64,000 nucleotides of DNA from Spirochaetia bacterium (GTDB lineage Bacteria > Spirochaetota > Spirochaetia > WTKD01 > G963693115), in the NCBI GenBank assembly GCA_965226055.1, contig CBDDCA010000005.1, positions 448,001 through 512,000 of the forward strand, given 5' to 3'. Every line of letters begins with the position of its first letter. Position 1 is the stretch's first letter. Below the pieces are notes generated by a model. That model was not told where the DNA came from. It made no database searches and was given only the letters and a program-made list of their open reading frames with translations. Below, in pieces: positions 41,633 through 50,931 of the stretch. The position numbers were made by a program, and so were the translations under genes.

Positions 41633-43231
41633 TTATAACACATTATTTTTAATAAGCTCATGTAATGTATATGAATTGCTACCCTTTAAGATAACTGCAG
41701 TTTGATGTTTAGGCAATGATTGTATTATTGAGCGTATAAAGTCCTTTGCTTCATGAACAGTATTATAACAATGTTCAAGAGCTATATGTGAAAATTGATA
41801 TTCTTTTCCTATCCACACAACATGGGTAAGAGCAAGTGATTGAACAAAACGCACTAAGCGTACATGAAGATCATTACTAAAAGTTCCTAATTCTTTCATA
41901 CCTCCTAGTATTGCTATTGTATAGGTATACGATAAACTGACAAACCACTGTAAAGTGCATTGCATTGCTTCATAATTTGCATTATAAGAATCATCTATAA
42001 CAAGAGGTTCTTTACTTCTAATTTCAAACCTTTGCTTTTCATGCTGTACCCCTTTTAGTGATACAATACTCTCACTAAGAGAATATCCAAGATATTCTGT
42101 AACTTGTAGACTTGTATAAATATTAGCTATATTACTTGCACCAATAAAAGTATCAAGTACTATATGGATATTCTTATCAGCTGACTGTTTCTCTCCATCA
42201 CTTGTAGTATATGTAATGTCTATACCCTGTAGCTGCATATCTTGAATATGTAATTCTGCAGGCATAGATTTTTTTCCAAATAAAGTATAAGAAATGCCCT
42301 GTTTGTCAGCCATAGCTTGTAACTGTTTGTCTTCTTCTGGCAAAAATAACATTTTTGTTTGATGACGATGCTTTGCTATCTTTAGTTTTTCTGCTTGTAA
42401 TTCTTGCTTACTTGCATAGCCTCCTAAATGAGCAGTACCAACATTGGTAAGCACTGCAATGTCAGGAACAATCATATCCACCAACATATCCATTTCTCCT
42501 GTGGTGGAGATTCCATATTCCAATACAGCGTACCGAACATTATCCCATGACGCATTTAACACACTTATTGCTAAGCCTTGTATAGTATTTAAGTTCTTAA
42601 TAGAGTATACGGTGGGATGAAAATGCTGTAATATATGCACAAGCATGTCTTTTGTGGTAGTCTTGCCCATACTTCCACTAATTGCAATAATAGTAACAGT
42701 ATCTCTCTGTTTATTGATAGTATCTGTAGTAAGCAACATGAGCGCTTTCGTGCTATCTCTTACTACTATAAGAGTAATATTTGGAGACAAGAGAGATTGT
42801 ACAAACTCTTGAAATGCAGTGTCCTGCGTAGTATTCCTAGACATATTTTCAAAATGGACATCATATTCTGTAGCATAGTGTAACATATCCTGAGAAACAG
42901 TACCATTATTTTGTATGTGTTGATGTAAAAACTTTCTAAAAGCAACAATATCAATTACTGCAACAGACGCATGACTATCCATTACTTCCTGTATATAAGT
43001 ACCTCCATTAGTATAGTTTCCTGCTAACCCAAAAAAAAGAGTATGTGCAGAAACATTTCTTGAATCAATACTGACAAAGTTCCAGAAGGCTTCTTTGTTT
43101 CCGTATACTGCATATGCTAATTTTTGCTTACAAAAAACATCAATAAGCTCCTGTACTGTATGACGTGACACATTTCCTTTTGTATGAGACATAGTATTCT
43201 GTAATGGCTGTTTTTCTTCTTGTGTATTCAT
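41633..43231 (-). CDS. murF: UDP-MurNAc-tripeptide:D-Ala-D-Ala ligase
   Basis: SIDSR, ISGSMGKTTTKDM, IDDSYNAN, GGMKELG, LKGS. Confidence 0.93.
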   Translation of the reverse strand: MNTQEEKQPLQNTMSHTKGNVSRHTVQELIDVFCKQKLAYAVYGNKEAFWNFVSIDSRNVSAHTLFFGLAGNYTNGGTYIQEVMDSHASVAVIDIVAFRKFLHQHIQNNGTVSQDMLHYATEYDVHFENMSRNTTQDTAFQEFVQSLLSPNITLIVVRDSTKALMLLTTDTINKQRDTVTIIAISGSMGKTTTKDMLVHILQHFHPTVYSIKNLNTIQGLAISVLNASWDNVRYAVLEYGISTTGEMDMLVDMIVPDIAVLTNVGTAHLGGYASKQELQAEKLKIAKHRHQTKMLFLPEEDKQLQAMADKQGISYTLFGKKSMPAELHIQDMQLQGIDITYTTSDGEKQSADKNIHIVLDTFIGASNIANIYTSLQVTEYLGYSLSESIVSLKGVQHEKQRFEIRSKEPLVIDDSYNANYEAMQCTLQWFVSLSYTYTIAILGGMKELGTFSNDLHVRLVRFVQSLALTHVVWIGKEYQFSHIALEHCYNTVHEAKDFIRSIIQSLPKHQTAVILKGSNSYTLHELIKNNVL

Positions 43232-43264
43232 ACTCTCACTTATGTACTCTTTATTGTATCCATA

Positions 43265-43546
43265 CTATTCTGTAGCATAGCTTGGAACCTCTTCTATATC
43301 AAGAACTATTGTTTTTTCTGGGGTAATTTCTGACATAGAAAGTGCTTCTTTTAGCTTAAACAGATAATGAGGACTTTTATAGTATTCTATTGTTGCAATT
43401 TTCCTTTTATTCTCATCAATAAACTGTAGTTGCTTTTCGGCTAAATCTTTTTTTTGTAAGTAGTAATCAAAATATGCTCCTGATACTACTAATTTAACAA
43501 TCATAATAAATAGAGTTATAAGAACAAGTACTACTAATTTTCTCAT
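43265..43546 (-). CDS. ftsL: FtsL-like cell division protein
   Basis: Short TM plus coiled coil; lies between rsmH and murF. Confidence 0.6.
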   Translation of the reverse strand: MRKLVVLVLITLFIMIVKLVVSGAYFDYYLQKKDLAEKQLQFIDENKRKIATIEYYKSPHYLFKLKEALSMSEITPEKTIVLDIEEVPSYATE

Positions 43547-44532
43547 ACAATTTTTTCTAACACCCGTAATTTTGCACTTCTACTAGCTTTATTTGCATTT
43601 ACTTCATCAGTACTAGGAACAAGAGGCTTTTTATGCAACGCTACTCCACTATTAGAATATATATTATTGATGTTCGGAAAAAATTCGCTTATCTTTAGCT
43701 TCCCTTGAACAATACGAGAAAAATGCTTTACTATTCTATCTTCTAGGGAATGAAATGATATAACTGCCATTCTCCCTCCTTTCGCAAGGAGAGACCACGC
43801 TACAGGTAAGGCACGCTGTATTCGTAGCAGCTCATTGTTCACTTCTATACGCAACGCTTGAAAGAGTCGAGAAAGTATACTTCTGTCCTGCATTTTTTTT
43901 CCTAACTGTAAAGCATGGCATATATCACTCACGCTTTGTATGTGCTGTTCTTTTCTATACGACTGTATTCTTCTTGCCCATTTTACTGCTTGACGTTCTT
44001 CTCCATACATACGAAATACGGTACTTAACTCATGCTCTGTGTAAGTATTTACAATATCGAATGCTTTTGTTGTTTCTTTATTATTAAGACGCATATCCAA
44101 AAATTCATCGCCTTGCCAACTAAATCCTCGTTGAGAATGTATAAAATGGTACATCGAAACACCTAAATCAAAAAGAATTGCCTGCACTGTACTATTTTTT
44201 TGTTGCAAATGAGAAAATAAATCATCAAACCACATATTATAAAACTGTACACAATGTGTATACTCTATAAGATTTTTTTGTGCCATAGCAAGCATTTCAG
44301 AGTCTACATCATTTGCTATTAGTGTAAAACAAGGATCTGCTATAGATGAGGCACACTGTTCTTGATAAGAACAATTATCATATAATGATAATAAACGAAG
44401 CGAATGACCACCAAGACCAACAGTGGCATCAACACATATATTCTTTGTTGTATGCATTGATAAACAAGGAAACAAATATTTTGTAACCTCTGCGTCCATA
44501 ACCGGAGTGTGGACAGTACCACTGTTTAGAAT
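43543..44532 (-). CDS. rsmH: 16S rRNA m4C1402 methyltransferase RsmH; start probably ATT 44532 (ATG 44499 is the alternative)
   Basis: VDATVGLGGHS, FDLGVS, LDMR, FQALRIEVN, ISFHSLEDRIVK, SRSAKLR; conserved HTPV lies upstream of the first ATG. Confidence 0.93.
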   Translation of the reverse strand: MLNSGTVHTPVMDAEVTKYLFPCLSMHTTKNICVDATVGLGGHSLRLLSLYDNCSYQEQCASSIADPCFTLIANDVDSEMLAMAQKNLIEYTHCVQFYNMWFDDLFSHLQQKNSTVQAILFDLGVSMYHFIHSQRGFSWQGDEFLDMRLNNKETTKAFDIVNTYTEHELSTVFRMYGEERQAVKWARRIQSYRKEQHIQSVSDICHALQLGKKMQDRSILSRLFQALRIEVNNELLRIQRALPVAWSLLAKGGRMAVISFHSLEDRIVKHFSRIVQGKLKISEFFPNINNIYSNSGVALHKKPLVPSTDEVNANKASRSAKLRVLEKIV

Positions 44533-44981
44533 TTGATGGACCCTCCCAGTTCCCTTATCGCTTCAACTTTCAACGGTTCTTGTTTTTCCATATAATGTTC
44601 ATAATTACTTGGCTCCCATAGTTCAAAGTATTGCACCATTCCCACCATGATAGCCTTGTCTTTTATTCCAATCCTATCCAGTAATTGCTGATTTATACTC
44701 AACCTTCTTGTTTTTTCCTCTATTTCCTGTTCAAAAGAAAAAGATACAAAATATCGCATAAGAGCCTTATTAGTAGACTCATCAAGAGGAGAAGAATTAC
44801 TCGTTATACGCTGCACTAACTGTTGCCAGTACTGTCGTGGAGTGATCCAGATACAGCTTCCTTCACACCCTAAATTAACAAATACTCCCCTATCATCCAT
44901 ATGGCTTATTTGCTTAGAAGGAAACGAGAATCTCCCTTTATCATCAATAGTAACAAGATAACTCCCACTAAATATATTCAT
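44526..44981 (-). CDS. mraZ: Division/cell wall cluster repressor MraZ
   Basis: IDDKGRFSFP, FELW; first gene of the dcw cluster. Confidence 0.9.
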   Translation of the reverse strand: MNIFSGSYLVTIDDKGRFSFPSKQISHMDDRGVFVNLGCEGSCIWITPRQYWQQLVQRITSNSSPLDESTNKALMRYFVSFSFEQEIEEKTRRLSINQQLLDRIGIKDKAIMVGMVQYFELWEPSNYEHYMEKQEPLKVEAIRELGGSIKF

Positions 44982-45049
44982 AATATCACCATATAGCCAT
45001 CATAATAACTTTACTATTACTCTTTCCTATTACATTGCCTTCTTGGTAA

Positions 45050-45100
45050 ATAATACCACTATATTCCATTTTAGTCAACTATTATTCCATTTTTTTCCAC
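45050..45100 (-). promoter_or_regulatory. dcw promoter overlapped by five MraZ-box-like repeats
   Basis: GTGG/ATGG/GTTG/ATGG/GTGG at about 10-nt period; TTGACT (45078-45073), 17 nt, TATTAT (45055-45050). Confidence 0.75.
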
Positions 45101-45176
45101 ATTTTTTATATTTACTTTCTCTTTTTATTCCTTTGTAGTTTCAAAAAAACAGTCTAAAAAATACTATACTTATAGT

Positions 45177-46079
45177 ATGAGTGAAATCGTATTCGGTGGA
45201 ATAGAAACAGGGGGAACTAAACTTATATGTGCAGTTGGTACAAACGATAGTAATTTACAGCATATCACACGAATAGAAAATACTACCTTTGATGAAACAA
45301 TGTCAAAAGTAATCAATTACTTTGATACAATGAAAAAAAAATATAGTATTCCTGCTATAGGAATAGCTAGTTTTGGTCCTATAGACCTGCATACAAATTC
45401 AAAAACATATGGGTATATTACCAATACCCCTAAATTAGAATGGCAAAACAAAGATCTATTAGGAACTATACGCTCTCGTTTAGGGGTAAAAGCAACACTT
45501 GATATTGATGTCAATGGGGCAGCACTGGCAGAAGGAGAATGGGGAAATGCACAAGGACTTTCAAACTATATTTATATTACCGTTGGAACAGGAGTAGGAT
45601 TAGGAGTAGTCATAAACAATCAGCCTCTTCACGGACTTATCCATCCTGAAGGAGGACATATGTTACTTCCGTTACATCCAAAAGATCCTAGCAATGGAGT
45701 TTGCTCTTTTCATAGCTCCTGTCTTGAAGGATTAGCCAGTGCCCCTGCTATCAAAAAACGCTGGAACAAAGATGCTTCAGAACTGCCAGACGAACATTTT
45801 GCATGGGAACTAGAATCGTATTATCTTGCACAAGCCATTTGTAATTTTATACTATGCTTATCACCTCAACGTATTATTCTAGGCGGAGGTGTCATGAAAC
45901 GAAAAGGACTTATTGAAAAAATACGCAATACAGTTATACGCTCCCTTGCTAATTATGTACAACACGATGCAATTCTTAGCAACATTGAAACATATATTGT
46001 AACTCCAAAATTAGAATACTGCGGTGTTTTAGGAGGAATTTTTCTTGCTAAAAAAATACACAGCACTGCGCAACCATGA
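45177..46079 (+). CDS. ROK-family sugar kinase (fructokinase-like)
   Basis: GGIETGGTK, GIASFGP, DVNGAALAE, YITVGTGVG, HPEGGH, CLEGLAS. Confidence 0.92.
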   Translation: MSEIVFGGIETGGTKLICAVGTNDSNLQHITRIENTTFDETMSKVINYFDTMKKKYSIPAIGIASFGPIDLHTNSKTYGYITNTPKLEWQNKDLLGTIRSRLGVKATLDIDVNGAALAEGEWGNAQGLSNYIYITVGTGVGLGVVINNQPLHGLIHPEGGHMLLPLHPKDPSNGVCSFHSSCLEGLASAPAIKKRWNKDASELPDEHFAWELESYYLAQAICNFILCLSPQRIILGGGVMKRKGLIEKIRNTVIRSLANYVQHDAILSNIETYIVTPKLEYCGVLGGIFLAKKIHSTAQP

Positions 46080-46311
46080 TAACACATATGTACATGAAGT
46101 CTATAGTATACAAAAATATAAAAAAGAATCAATAAACATATATACATAAAATTTTCTCATAAATTATCGATATTTATTATAAAAACTCAATCAATGCATT
46201 TCTATTTCTGTATTATTTTTAAGTAGTAATTAATATATAAAGTAAAGTATTGTTAATAGCTAACATGCAAAACACTATTGGTGTTTTGTTTTTTTATTGG
46301 AGGTATTTGCT

Positions 46312-47253
46312 ATGGGACAATATCAGGATACTCTGTGTATAACCCATTTATTTTTACAATATTCTGAAAAACAAAAAGAGAACATACCAGATGCACAATT
46401 TTATTATGATGAATTATTTAGTGCAATTAGAAAACATGTATATACATATCCACAAAGACTTAACTCACATAACACTCTTGAAATAAGCAGTGAATTTCTT
46501 ATATTCATGGAAAATAAAATTAACTCTTATATTAGTAATTTTGAATATACAGGAGTCCCTTTTGAATACTACTTAAATACTATCTTAAAATTTCAATTCT
46601 ATAGTTTCTTAAAACAATATAAACAAGAAATACAGGAATATAAGTTTTTTGAAAATGCTTCTGTGTACAACATTTTGGATATACCAACATATACTAATGA
46701 ACAATCTATAAAATATGAAAAGCCAGAAATGTCCCTTCCTTTTGCCATTAAAACACTTAATGATATTGTAAAAAATTCAAAACACAGCAAAGCTTTCAAA
46801 AAACGTCTATGGTGGTTTACATTAAAATATATGCATATTCTAAAAGAAAGCAATATTACTATATTATTACAGACCTGTGAAGAAAGCATGTCAAAATTTT
46901 TATTTTTTAAGTCACGGTTAAAAAAGCACATCACAGCGTATGAAGAAAAGATACATAAAATTAGAATACAAAAAAATCTCTATTTTTCTAAATGTAGAAA
47001 AATAGAACTTCGATTAGAAGAGACATTAACAAACAAAGAATATGAAAAACTACAGAATCTTTTACAAAAATATAAAGCACGGTATCAAGCAATATTTGAA
47101 AAATATGAAAGATATAGCGTACAGGCACTCATTTCTAATGAAGAGTTATCTCAGTTATTACATGTACCAAAAGGAACAATTGATTCTGGACTTTATTTCT
47201 TTCATATCAAATGTAAGGAGCAGTATAAAAACCATGCCTATACACTAAAATAA
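46312..47253 (+). CDS. Putative sigma70-family-like or HTH transcription factor
   Basis: Region-2-like FEYTGVPFEYYL; C-terminal region-4-like HTH ISNEELSQLLHVPKGTIDSGLY; SD GGAGGT before ATG 46312. Confidence 0.55.
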   Translation: MGQYQDTLCITHLFLQYSEKQKENIPDAQFYYDELFSAIRKHVYTYPQRLNSHNTLEISSEFLIFMENKINSYISNFEYTGVPFEYYLNTILKFQFYSFLKQYKQEIQEYKFFENASVYNILDIPTYTNEQSIKYEKPEMSLPFAIKTLNDIVKNSKHSKAFKKRLWWFTLKYMHILKESNITILLQTCEESMSKFLFFKSRLKKHITAYEEKIHKIRIQKNLYFSKCRKIELRLEETLTNKEYEKLQNLLQKYKARYQAIFEKYERYSVQALISNEELSQLLHVPKGTIDSGLYFFHIKCKEQYKNHAYTLK

Positions 47254-47359
47254 TTGCATTTTTTTCATCATAATAGTGCATAATCATATATACTATATTT
47301 AATAGTAACATTACTAAAAACAATATGTATGATAGTTACTATAATAACTAATACATTAA

Positions 47360-47433
47360 CGGGCTGTAGCGTAGTTGGTTAGCGCACTAGTCTGGGGGAC
47401 TAGGGGTCGCTGGTTCGAGTCCAGTCAGCCCGA
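47360..47433 (+). tRNA. tRNA-Pro(GGG), CCA not encoded
   Basis: Acceptor CGGGCTG/CAGCCCG; anticodon arm CTAGT-CTGGGGG-ACTAG; T-loop GTTCGAG. Confidence 0.95.
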
Positions 47434-47476
47434 TTATTTTTATCCTCATACCAGATCAAAGGAGTATAATCATTAC

Positions 47477-49882
47477 ATGAAACTTGAATATCTTTTATTT
47501 AACACAGTAATCGTTATTTTTCCACTCATATCCTCAATAGTTATCAGTATTCAAAAAACACAAGAAGCAAAACAAAAACGAAAAGCATTATTTTTTTTCT
47601 TTATAAGTTGTTTCATAACCGCTATTCCTTTTATTATCTGGGATGTATATGTTACGGACTTACACTGGTATTTTAATAAAAAATATATAACAGGATTACA
47701 TATTTTCAATCTTCCAATAGAAGAAATTCTCTTTTTCTTTACTATCCCCTATGCTACAGGGAGCTTATGGTTGATACTGTTTAATTCACATACACATAAT
47801 GGAGTTGTACACAGTTTTATACAAGACGGATACATGCATAGAGCAAAGGTTGTACATACCATGCGATGGATATATCCTTTGAGTATTGTTCTCCTATTTG
47901 TAGCGTTCTGGCTTCTTACCTATACCTCAAATAGTATAAACATAAACAATCATATTGAAAACGATACTATATATTTTGGCTATACTAAATTGACCGTAAT
48001 TGCACTTTGTCTTGCTATACTCTTTGATTATGCATTGGGCAGTAGATTGCTCCAGCAAATACGCTTTTACCCATTTATAGCACTATATGCTACTCTTAAT
48101 TTCATATTCAATGGGTATCTTACTGGACGCCCTATTGTATTATACAAAGAAGGACAATATTTAGGCATTCGGCTTGGCAGTACCCCTATAGAAGATTTTT
48201 TCTATGGATTAGCTTTGTTTATATTTGTGTTATCTTTACTGCATCACTTTACTGCAACAAAATCTGTTGAATCGCTGTTAAAAAAAATAATTCGCTTTCG
48301 ATTAAAAAATTATAAAATACAATATAACACTATTGATTATTCACTTCCTCTCTATTTATCAGAGAGCATTGCCAATAAAAACAAGAAAATAAAAGTAGCA
48401 GTAATAGGAGGAGGACTTGCAGGAATATCTTCTGCAATTATGCTAGCAGAACGAGGTTTTGAAGTACATCTTTTTGAAAAAAATAAGCATCTTGGAGGAA
48501 AATGTGGTGCATGGAAAAAAAATATAACAGGGATAGAAAACAGTACTATTGATCATGGATTCCATGGCTTTTTCCCTTGCTACTATAACTTACTTGATTT
48601 TTTAAGAACACATAACATACTACAAAAACATACTAAACGTATAGACAGATACACCATAGTAAACAAAGAACAAAAAATTACTCATCTTGATAATGCTTCT
48701 ACTACTCCTATCTACAACCTATTTGATTTACATAAAAAAAAGGTATTCAATCTCTTTCGTGCATTTTTTACTATTTCTAATCTTAAACTTATAGCAACAC
48801 TTAATTTTGATACACATAAAACTATTAAAAAGTATGATGATATTTCATTTCTTGATTTTAAAAAGCAAGCTCACTTACATACAGATATATCTTTTATTTT
48901 AACAATATTTGCTCGTGCTTTTTTTGCAAGTGAAGACAAACTTTCAACGGCACAGCTACTTAAGAATTTTCATATATATTACTTAAGCAATAACGAAGGG
49001 TTATTATATCATTACATATATCCCAATTATATAGATGGTTTTCTTACACCATTACAAGAGCTAATGGAACAGTATTCCATTACTATCCACAACAATACCC
49101 CTATTCATACTATCACAAGAGAACATAGTGATAATACCATGTATACATTCAATATAGAAGATGAAAATCACACTGTATACAAACAGTATAATGAAGTTAT
49201 TATTGCAAGCGATATACATGCCACTAAAAAAATTGTAGAAAATAGCCCTTGTTTTACTACTGCCTTACACAATCATACAGAAACAAATAATGCTACTAAT
49301 CAGATACAATCTCAAACAGTCACACAACAACTACAACATATTCCCATCAACCAAAGGTACTCTGTGTATCGCATTTGGATAAAAAATTGTACTATCCCTT
49401 TCGATAAATATTCTTTATTTACCAGTTTTGAGCGAATACACATATTAGATACAATCGCACAAGTAGATTTTTATGACGATGCTAGCAAAGTATGGGCAAA
49501 AGAGAATAACGGACATGTATTAGAATTACATTGTTATGCCGTGCCAGACTCTCTGCATGATGAACAAAGCATAAAAGAAGCGTTCTTACAAGACTTAGCA
49601 TATTATTTTTCTCAATTTACTCCTGATACTTTAGTGCATGAGGATTTACAGATAAACGATAATTTTACCCCATTTACTGTTGGACTTGATTCATATAAAC
49701 CTACAACTGACTCTGGTATTAAGGGCTGTTACTTTGCAGGAGATTGGGTATCACTCCCTGTACCATGTAGCTTACTAGAAGCCGCTCATACAAGTGCCCG
49801 ATTTGCAGCAAATAAGATAGTATCAAAGTATGATTTACAAGAATTTTCTATACATTCCGTTCCATTAAAAGGACTCATATAA
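47477..49882 (+). CDS. Fusion of two membrane lycopene-cyclase domains (CrtYc/Yd type) and a CrtU-like FAD-dependent aryl-carotenoid synthase
   Basis: Cyclase motifs PFIIWD..LPIEEILFF and FNGYLT..PIEDFFYG; then VAVIGGGLAG, HGFHGFFPCYYNL, FARAFFA, FHIYYLSNNEGL, VLELHCYA, FAGDWV..LLEAAHTS. Confidence 0.85.
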   Translation: MKLEYLLFNTVIVIFPLISSIVISIQKTQEAKQKRKALFFFFISCFITAIPFIIWDVYVTDLHWYFNKKYITGLHIFNLPIEEILFFFTIPYATGSLWLILFNSHTHNGVVHSFIQDGYMHRAKVVHTMRWIYPLSIVLLFVAFWLLTYTSNSININNHIENDTIYFGYTKLTVIALCLAILFDYALGSRLLQQIRFYPFIALYATLNFIFNGYLTGRPIVLYKEGQYLGIRLGSTPIEDFFYGLALFIFVLSLLHHFTATKSVESLLKKIIRFRLKNYKIQYNTIDYSLPLYLSESIANKNKKIKVAVIGGGLAGISSAIMLAERGFEVHLFEKNKHLGGKCGAWKKNITGIENSTIDHGFHGFFPCYYNLLDFLRTHNILQKHTKRIDRYTIVNKEQKITHLDNASTTPIYNLFDLHKKKVFNLFRAFFTISNLKLIATLNFDTHKTIKKYDDISFLDFKKQAHLHTDISFILTIFARAFFASEDKLSTAQLLKNFHIYYLSNNEGLLYHYIYPNYIDGFLTPLQELMEQYSITIHNNTPIHTITREHSDNTMYTFNIEDENHTVYKQYNEVIIASDIHATKKIVENSPCFTTALHNHTETNNATNQIQSQTVTQQLQHIPINQRYSVYRIWIKNCTIPFDKYSLFTSFERIHILDTIAQVDFYDDASKVWAKENNGHVLELHCYAVPDSLHDEQSIKEAFLQDLAYYFSQFTPDTLVHEDLQINDNFTPFTVGLDSYKPTTDSGIKGCYFAGDWVSLPVPCSLLEAAHTSARFAANKIVSKYDLQEFSIHSVPLKGLI

Positions 49883-49894
49883 GAAAAATAATAA

Positions 49895-49968
49895 TGGGCC
49901 CACTAGGACTTGAACCTAGGACACACGGATTATGAGTCCGTTGCTCTAACCAGCTGAGCTATAGGCCC
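49895..49968 (-). tRNA. tRNA with CAT anticodon (probably Ile2/lysidine; elongator Met not excluded), CCA not encoded
   Basis: GGGCCTATAGCTCAGCTGGTTAGAGC; ACGGA-CTCATAA-TCCGT; GTTCAAG. Confidence 0.93.
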
Positions 49969-50077
49969 TTTAGCTTTATTGTATAGTAATTCATAAATAA
50001 AAGCAATGCCAATGTAATGTAAAAATATCAGCTTAATTGAAGGATCATATTAAGTACTATTGTTATATACTATTATT

Positions 50078-50443
50078 ATGATAGATGGCACAGAAGAAAT
50101 GAGAAAAACATTAGAAAGATTTAATTTAAATTCAGTTGAAGATAAAGAAAAAATTGATTTTTTATTGTTATCATCTCGTAATTTTAATCAAGTATTAAAA
50201 AATGTTAGGCTACAATCTGAAACTCCACCAGTCGAGTTAGGAGAAATATATAATGAGAATATATACACAATAAAATCAACTATTATTATTACTTTACTTA
50301 AAGCAATCATTGAAAGAAAAAAACAACTTGATAGATTAGCACATTATATTGATAAGGGAATACATCATATATATAGAGGAATAATATGTATTTCTGTAAC
50401 TATTAGTATAATTATTTTGAATGTATTGATCAGTTTATTCTAA
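50078..50443 (+). CDS. Hypothetical protein with C-terminal TM helix
   Basis: ORF preceded by TATACT-6nt-ATG. Confidence 0.55.
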   Translation: MIDGTEEMRKTLERFNLNSVEDKEKIDFLLLSSRNFNQVLKNVRLQSETPPVELGEIYNENIYTIKSTIIITLLKAIIERKKQLDRLAHYIDKGIHHIYRGIICISVTISIIILNVLISLF

Positions 50444-50617
50444 TGGCTCTAAACTTTCTGTGAAATATTCATAGTCTTTTAGTTCTATAGTGGGGATATT
50501 AGTATTATACACAGGCTTGTCTGTCTCATTTTTACTATATCCTGAACCGGGCGGTATATCTTTATTGGTATCATCAATGTTACTATGTGTATTTTTTGAT
50601 GTATTATACTCACTCAT
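50435..50617 (-). CDS. Small acidic hypothetical protein (60 aa)
   Basis: TTGACA, 18 nt, TATTAT, 6 nt, ATG 50617. Confidence 0.45.
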   Translation of the reverse strand: MSEYNTSKNTHSNIDDTNKDIPPGSGYSKNETDKPVYNTNIPTIELKDYEYFTESLEPLE

Positions 50618-50887
50618 ATATACATAATAGTAAATTACTATTATGTATGTCAATTTTACATATCTGCTGATTCAAGTGCTAATTGCGACAGAAAAGGCTT
50701 TAGCAGTAATCCAATAGAATTTCGAATCATCCTTTTTCCTATAATACAATATACAGCACAGGAGCTTTTGAAGAAGAGCCAACAAGATCTACTTTACATA
50801 ATGAATGCAACACAGAGGTAGACAAACAATATCTTCCAATTTTAGAGAAAATACATTGCCTTTACCCTTGCTGCAGACTACTTATAC

Positions 50888-50924
50888 AAGCTAAAAGAGA
50901 GTGCATAGCACTCTCTTTTAGCTT
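50888..50924. terminator. Intrinsic terminator of the large lipoprotein gene
   Basis: AAGCTAAAAGAGAGTGC-ATA-GCACTCTCTTTTAGCTT. Confidence 0.85.
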
Positions 50925-50931
50925 TACTACC

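Noticed and set aside
47375-47476. ORF-track N-terminal extension of the carotenoid fusion gene
   Set aside because: It runs through tRNA-Pro; ATG 47477 downstream of AAGGAG is the plausible start.
50655-50885. Possible pseudogene fragment downstream of the lipoprotein terminator
   Set aside because: Manual translation of the frames I tried gave nothing recognisable.
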